In this document: positions 59,630 through 64,000 of the stretch, piece by piece
Layout of the letters: every line of letters starts with the position of its first letter
How positions within the stretch are numbered: position 1 is the first letter of the stretch
Source: an uncultured delta proteobacterium
Lineage (GTDB): Bacteria > Bdellovibrionota > FAC87 > UBA2466
Direction of reading: 5' to 3'
Assembly: GCA_963778115.1 (NCBI GenBank)
Contig: CAVZSV010000005.1
Location: 288,001 to 352,000, forward strand
Length of the DNA stretch: 64,000 nucleotides
Made by a program: the position numbers and the translations under genes
The notes under the pieces: generated by a model
What the model saw: only the letters and a program-made list of their open reading frames with translations
Databases searched by the model: none
What the model was told of the DNA's origin: nothing

Positions 59630-59764
59630 GGCCGACGGTTTTTGAGGCTGACGGGAGCGTTGGTGATGTTACTTATTAGACAGGCAAGGGCGACCACTGC
59701 AGGTATTCACGAAGAGCGCTTTGTTAGGGCTTGGTAAGCGAACCGCTAACCACCGGCAGAAATA

Positions 59765-60100
59765 CTACGAGTGTCCGCAACCAGACCCCGCTGCGGTAAC
59801 CGTTTTTATGGCCCCCTCTTTATCGACAAGCCAGTGGGTCTCGCAGGAAGCAGAATGAGGGTTTAGGGTATCCATTCCATATCCGCCGTAAGCGGGTTCA
59901 TAGAACTGAGAAGTTTTCTCGTAGAAATATTCTTTCTCGCCCGAAGGAAGTTCTGAAATCTTAGAGGGCGGCCCCCAAACCGCCACGAGGCCGGTTACGG
60001 GTTTTCCGATCCAAGGATTAAGGCTTGAGGTATAACGCTCGCTGGTCGAAGCACAGCCCACCACTACCAATAACGCGATAAGACAAACTCTAAAACTCAT
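59765..60100 (-). CDS. small lipoprotein
   Basis: Lipobox VVGC; WIGKPVTGLVAVWGPP; two C-terminal Cys. Confidence 0.8.
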   Translation of the reverse strand: MSFRVCLIALLVVVGCASTSERYTSSLNPWIGKPVTGLVAVWGPPSKISELPSGEKEYFYEKTSQFYEPAYGGYGMDTLNPHSASCETHWLVDKEGAIKTVTAAGSGCGHS

Positions 60101-60271
60101 ACCTTGTCATCGGTATGTACGTACAAATCTATAAGCCTTACTTGCGATGCGTCATACTTCATACTAGTACGTCGTAGGAGAGGGCTCGTTAACCCACTAG
60201 AACAGTTGAGTTTTCCATGCCTTCCATCAATTTTTTAGGATTACACATTATTCTGATAGCGGAGAGAAATT

Positions 60272-60994
60272 GTGAAGGAACGTTTGCTTATACTATCCTA
60301 CGCTGCTCAGTCGTCGACGCAAGCCGGTCACAATCAAATGGGTTGGATAGCGCAGCTGTCTCAATCGTTTGGTAACACAAAGATGCTTCCCATGACTATC
60401 GGCAGCGAAACAGAAACCTCACTCGAGATCCAAGACTTCATTCCTGAGTTTGTGGTCATCATAGAACCCAATTCCCAAAGCACCTCTCGACTTTGCACCC
60501 GGATCCGCGCTCTGAGTTCAGCGCCTATTTTGGTAATTTTACAAAATGGTACCGCCGAGGAGAGAATTGCAGGATACGATTGCGGGGTTGACCTGTATTT
60601 GAATAGCCCTTGCGATCCCGGAGAGCTTCGAGCTGCTCTAGCTGCCGTTGCTAGACGATCCCGGACGTCTTCCCATACTAGAATCCTTCGTTTCGAGGGA
60701 TTGGAAATAGATTTCGAGCGCCGCTCGGTCATTATCGATGGAAGTCCCATCTCCTTAACGATGATCGAATTTGAAGTACTGAAATTTTTTGCAGAGAATC
60801 GAGGCCAAGTCCTCGATCGCGAGACGCTTTTCCAAAGACTGGCGGGAACGACTACGGAGCCTCATATGGGCCGTTCCATAGACGTCTTAGTAAGTCGCCT
60901 TCGTCAAAAGCTTCAAGACGATCCCAACCGACCCCGCTTCGTAAGAACGGTCAGACATCTAGGTTACACTTTCATCGCTACCCCTCGAGCCTAG
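60272..60994 (+). CDS. OmpR-family response regulator with degenerate receiver domain
   Basis: Clear winged helix (LTMIEFEVL, RSIDVLVSRLRQKL, TVRHLGY); receiver lacks the acidic pair and Lys. Confidence 0.88.
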   Translation: MKERLLILSYAAQSSTQAGHNQMGWIAQLSQSFGNTKMLPMTIGSETETSLEIQDFIPEFVVIIEPNSQSTSRLCTRIRALSSAPILVILQNGTAEERIAGYDCGVDLYLNSPCDPGELRAALAAVARRSRTSSHTRILRFEGLEIDFERRSVIIDGSPISLTMIEFEVLKFFAENRGQVLDRETLFQRLAGTTTEPHMGRSIDVLVSRLRQKLQDDPNRPRFVRTVRHLGYTFIATPRA

Positions 60995-61513
60995 CCGAAT
61001 TTCCGACACACTTCAGCAATGCTTAGATTTAAATCCTTCCATAACGCGACGAGGAAAGAGCTCGAGCGCGTCTTAATCTCTTAGCGAAGTGGTCTAAAAG
61101 CACGGCAGGATCTAATCAGGACAACCGATAACAAAACCACGAGAAACCCATCACTTTTCTCGTGGGAAAGTTGTAATATGTAGCTTAATCGTTACAAAAA
61201 AATAAGACTTAAAAAGGCCCAAGTACAGAAACCAAAGAGCCAAAACGGCAATCGAATCGGATGGCCCAGTTAAAGAAGCCGAAAGGATCTCCGATACCTT
61301 AATCGGGCATTGGTCGTTCCGTCGGCACAACGACATCTCAACGCATCGCGCGTCAAGGATCGTTTTCTCGGTTCAGATTCTCGTGTGCTCTTAGGGCTGA
61401 GCTTTAATTTCTAAAAACAGATTTTAGAATGGAATTAAATCCATTCACTAACAAACAAGATTTTCGTCTGAAGGGCGATGTTGTGGCCTTTCGGTCTCAA
61501 AGGGGGAGGGGCC

Positions 61514-64000
61514 ATGGGAAATTACCGCACGCTACTTCTTTTCGTCGTAGCCGTCGTCTATTCGGGTCTAGCAGGAGCGGCAACGGTCCGCACTGCGGGT
61601 TTCAAGAATAACCCAAACGTCTTTAACGTCGTCGCTAATCAACCCTTTACGGTAGATTTGGATACCCTGCTTGCGGGTCCCGCCGAGGGAACGCTGACTT
61701 GGGCGCCGGCAGGCGCTACTCCCGTCCCGACATGGCTGACGCTTAACTCCACCACTCATACTCTTTCCGGAACCCCAGGGGTAGCCAACGAAGGCACGGT
61801 TACTTTCTCAATTTCTGTCGACGATTCCGCAACCCCTGAACAAGCAGCCATCGGAGTTTTTCAATTTAACGTCGCAGCTCCTTACGCTCCTCCGGCATGG
61901 TTACAAAATCCCATCAAGTTCACCGCGGATGCAGGCACCCTCTTTAGTGCTTCGATTGCAGCCGACGCCAAAGATCCGCAGGCATTAACTTTGACGTTTG
62001 CCTTGGGTACCGGAGGCCCTTCATGGCTTTCAATGGATTCGAGCGGAAATTTAACGGGAACTCCAGCGGCTTCTAATCTAGGCGCTAACAACTATACGGT
62101 CACCGTCACCGACTCGGCGGGACTCAGCGCTCAAGCATCGTTAGTGGTCACTGTCATTGGTCCTCCCACCTGGGTAGTAAATCCCATTACCTTTAACGGC
62201 ACCGCCAATGTCGCGTTCACAGCCTCTATCGCGGCCGATGCCAAAGATCCGCAAGGACTCGCACTGACATACACTTTGGCTAGCGGTGGCCCTTCGTGGC
62301 TCTCGATGACTTCGGCCGGAGCTCTCAGTGGAACTCCAACATCGTCTAATCTGGGAGCAAACAACTTCACCGTCACCGCCACCAATGCGGCAGGACTTAG
62401 CGCCCAAGCGTCGTTGGTGATAAGGGTAAGTGCGCCTCCCCAATGGACCGTCAATCCAATTACGTTTACGGCGACGGCGGGAAGCCCCTTTACCGCCTCC
62501 ATTGCCGCGGATGCCAAAGATCCCGCGGGGCTTAACTTAAGTTTCTCTTTAAATAGCGGAGGCCCCGCGTGGCTTTCGATGGATTCCAGCGGAAATTTAA
62601 CGGGAACTCCAGCGGTCGCCAATCTTGGGGCCAATAATTACACGGTCACCGTCACCAATGCGGCAGGACTTAGCGCTCAAGCATCGTTAGTAGTAACTGT
62701 CGTTGCCCCCCCCAGTTGGTTACAAAATCCCATTCAATTTACCGCGGACGCCACGGTTCCTTTTAGCGCCTCCATTGCCGCGGATGCTAAAGATCCCGCG
62801 GGACTGCCCCTTACCTTCACACTTTCCGGCGGACCCGCTTGGCTTAGCATGGATTCCAAAGGAGATCTTACGGGGACCCCAGCGCTTACGGACGCAGGAG
62901 CTAATACGTATACGGTTACCGCAACCAACAGCGACGGGTTGAGTGCAAACGCCTCTTTGATCGTGACGGTGGTTATCGTCCCTCAAACCCCGCTTTGGCT
63001 CAAGAACCCAATCCTATTTACGGCAGTCGCGGGTATTCCGTTTAGCGCGACCATCGCCACCGACGCCAAAGATCCTGTAGGACTTCCTCTTTCGTTCTCT
63101 CTGTCTCCTGGAGGACCCGCATGGCTGTCGATGGATACGCTGGGAAATTTATCCGGGGTTCCCACAGCCGCAACCCCCGGGCCTAATCAATATTCTGTCA
63201 CCGTCGTTAACAGCGCTGGGCTAAGTGCTAGTGCGACCCTCATTATCACGGTCACAGCACCTCCGGTTTGGTTGCAAAATCCGATTAGTCTGAACGCTTA
63301 TACCAATGTTGCTTTCGCGGCTTCTATCGCTAACGATGCGAAAGATCCGCAAGGACTGCCTCTTACTTTTTCGCTAGCAAGTGGGGGACCGGCGTGGCTT
63401 AAGATGGATGCCTCCGGAAATTTATCGGGAACGCCTCTTGCCGCGAATGTCGGGCTCAATACCTACACCGTCACGGTAACGGACAGTGCGGGACTTACGG
63501 CATCTGCGACGTTGAATATTACGGTTTATGGAAGCCCCATTTGGCTGCAAAATCCGATCACCTTTACGACGATAGCAACACTTCCCTTTACGGCATCGAT
63601 TGCTGCGGACGCTAAAGATCCCCAGGGTTCGACACTTACCTTCACCCTTTCCGCAGGCCCCGCCTGGCTTTCCATGGATAGCCTTGGAAATTTGAAAGGG
63701 ACACCGGCGATGTCCAACCTGGGGGCAAATACCTATACGGTCACGGTCAAAAATGTCGCGGGCCTAACCGCCACGGCGACATTAGTCGTCACGGTAAACG
63801 CTTCGACCCAACCTCCCGTATGGCTGAAAAATCCAATCACCTTCACAACGACAGCGGCCCAGCCTTTCAGCGCTTCTATTGGTAGCGACGCCAAAGATCC
63901 CTTGGGACTCGCGCTCACTTTCTCGCTAGCAACCGGAGGGCCGGCATGGCTGTCCATGGACAATCAAGGGAATCTAAGTGGAACGCCGGCCCGATCCAAC
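61514..64000 (+). CDS. large secreted protein with tandem putative Ig (He_PIG/cadherin-like) domains, partial
   Basis: Not in the ORF track; ATG 61514 after GGGGAGG; MGNYRTLLLFVVAVVYSGLAGA signal; repeats PPxWxxNPITF..SIAADAKDP.GL.LTF.L..GGP.WLSMD.SGNL.GTP...NLGAN.YTVTVT; runs to the window end. Confidence 0.9.
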   Translation, partial: MGNYRTLLLFVVAVVYSGLAGAATVRTAGFKNNPNVFNVVANQPFTVDLDTLLAGPAEGTLTWAPAGATPVPTWLTLNSTTHTLSGTPGVANEGTVTFSISVDDSATPEQAAIGVFQFNVAAPYAPPAWLQNPIKFTADAGTLFSASIAADAKDPQALTLTFALGTGGPSWLSMDSSGNLTGTPAASNLGANNYTVTVTDSAGLSAQASLVVTVIGPPTWVVNPITFNGTANVAFTASIAADAKDPQGLALTYTLASGGPSWLSMTSAGALSGTPTSSNLGANNFTVTATNAAGLSAQASLVIRVSAPPQWTVNPITFTATAGSPFTASIAADAKDPAGLNLSFSLNSGGPAWLSMDSSGNLTGTPAVANLGANNYTVTVTNAAGLSAQASLVVTVVAPPSWLQNPIQFTADATVPFSASIAADAKDPAGLPLTFTLSGGPAWLSMDSKGDLTGTPALTDAGANTYTVTATNSDGLSANASLIVTVVIVPQTPLWLKNPILFTAVAGIPFSATIATDAKDPVGLPLSFSLSPGGPAWLSMDTLGNLSGVPTAATPGPNQYSVTVVNSAGLSASATLIITVTAPPVWLQNPISLNAYTNVAFAASIANDAKDPQGLPLTFSLASGGPAWLKMDASGNLSGTPLAANVGLNTYTVTVTDSAGLTASATLNITVYGSPIWLQNPITFTTIATLPFTASIAADAKDPQGSTLTFTLSAGPAWLSMDSLGNLKGTPAMSNLGANTYTVTVKNVAGLTATATLVVTVNASTQPPVWLKNPITFTTTAAQPFSASIGSDAKDPLGLALTFSLATGGPAWLSMDNQGNLSGTPARSN
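61889..64000 (+). repeat. about 273-bp (91-aa) tandem coding repeats, 7 full plus 1 partial
   Basis: GC[C/T/G]AAAGATCC (AKDP) recurs eight times at about 273-279 bp spacing. Confidence 0.9.

Noticed and set aside
60107..60133. sigma-28 promoter for the small lipoprotein (TATA-N15-ACCGATGA, minus strand)
   Set aside because: Three mismatches and only 6 nt from the ATG; too weak to call
61040..61115. c-di-GMP-I riboswitch (GCGAAG..GGTCTAA..CACGGCAG)
   Set aside because: Only fragments resemble the motif; the P2 and P3 stems cannot be formed
1042..61510. KOPS (GGGNAGGG) polarity switch
   Set aside because: Hits I spotted were mostly plus-strand left of 42 kb (for example 14824, 22147, 23029, 26417, 31442, 35901, 39061) but mixed to the right (plus 42332, 42985, 61503; minus 57139, 58424). 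The scan was incomplete and inconclusive
61882..63963. Series of minus-strand ORFs with repeated motifs
   Set aside because: Antisense shadows of the Ig-repeat gene
61889..64000. CRISPR array
   Set aside because: The repeats are degenerate in-frame 273-bp coding units; there is no repeat-spacer structure and no cas genes

Overview
Bacterial chromosomal segment of roughly balanced GC. The gene content (flgF-fliW cluster with csrA/fliW, single-domain FlgJ, many orphan secreted proteins) suggests a Bdellovibrionota/deltaproteobacterial-type organism; this is inference. In order: partial ABC permease, MBOAT/AlgJ-like O-acetylation pair, AsmA-family protein, two apparently frameshifted genes, tRNA-Gln, an opp cluster without ATPases, HU, a 12-gene flagellar cluster, a Wzy/Wzc/ABC exporter locus, scoAB, a GGQ release-factor-like protein, a solo tyrosine recombinase, a glycan-modification region (GDP-mannose epimerase-like, two fused MFS/spermidine-synthase proteins, GT-C glycosyltransferases, HAD-nucleotidyltransferase fusion) and the start of a large Ig-repeat surface protein. 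The most notable signals are non-coding. (i) A near-perfect 13-6-13 dif-like palindrome lies 45 bp upstream of the recombinase, near an apparent GC-skew inversion: a candidate single-recombinase Xer/dif terminus module. (ii) Two almost identical 28-bp XerCD-type dif-like sites lie 26 kb apart. (iii) Sigma-28-like promoters precede several glycan genes. (iv) A repeated hairpin with compensatory substitutions sits between convergent genes. All calls come from reading motifs by eye; no database searches were run.
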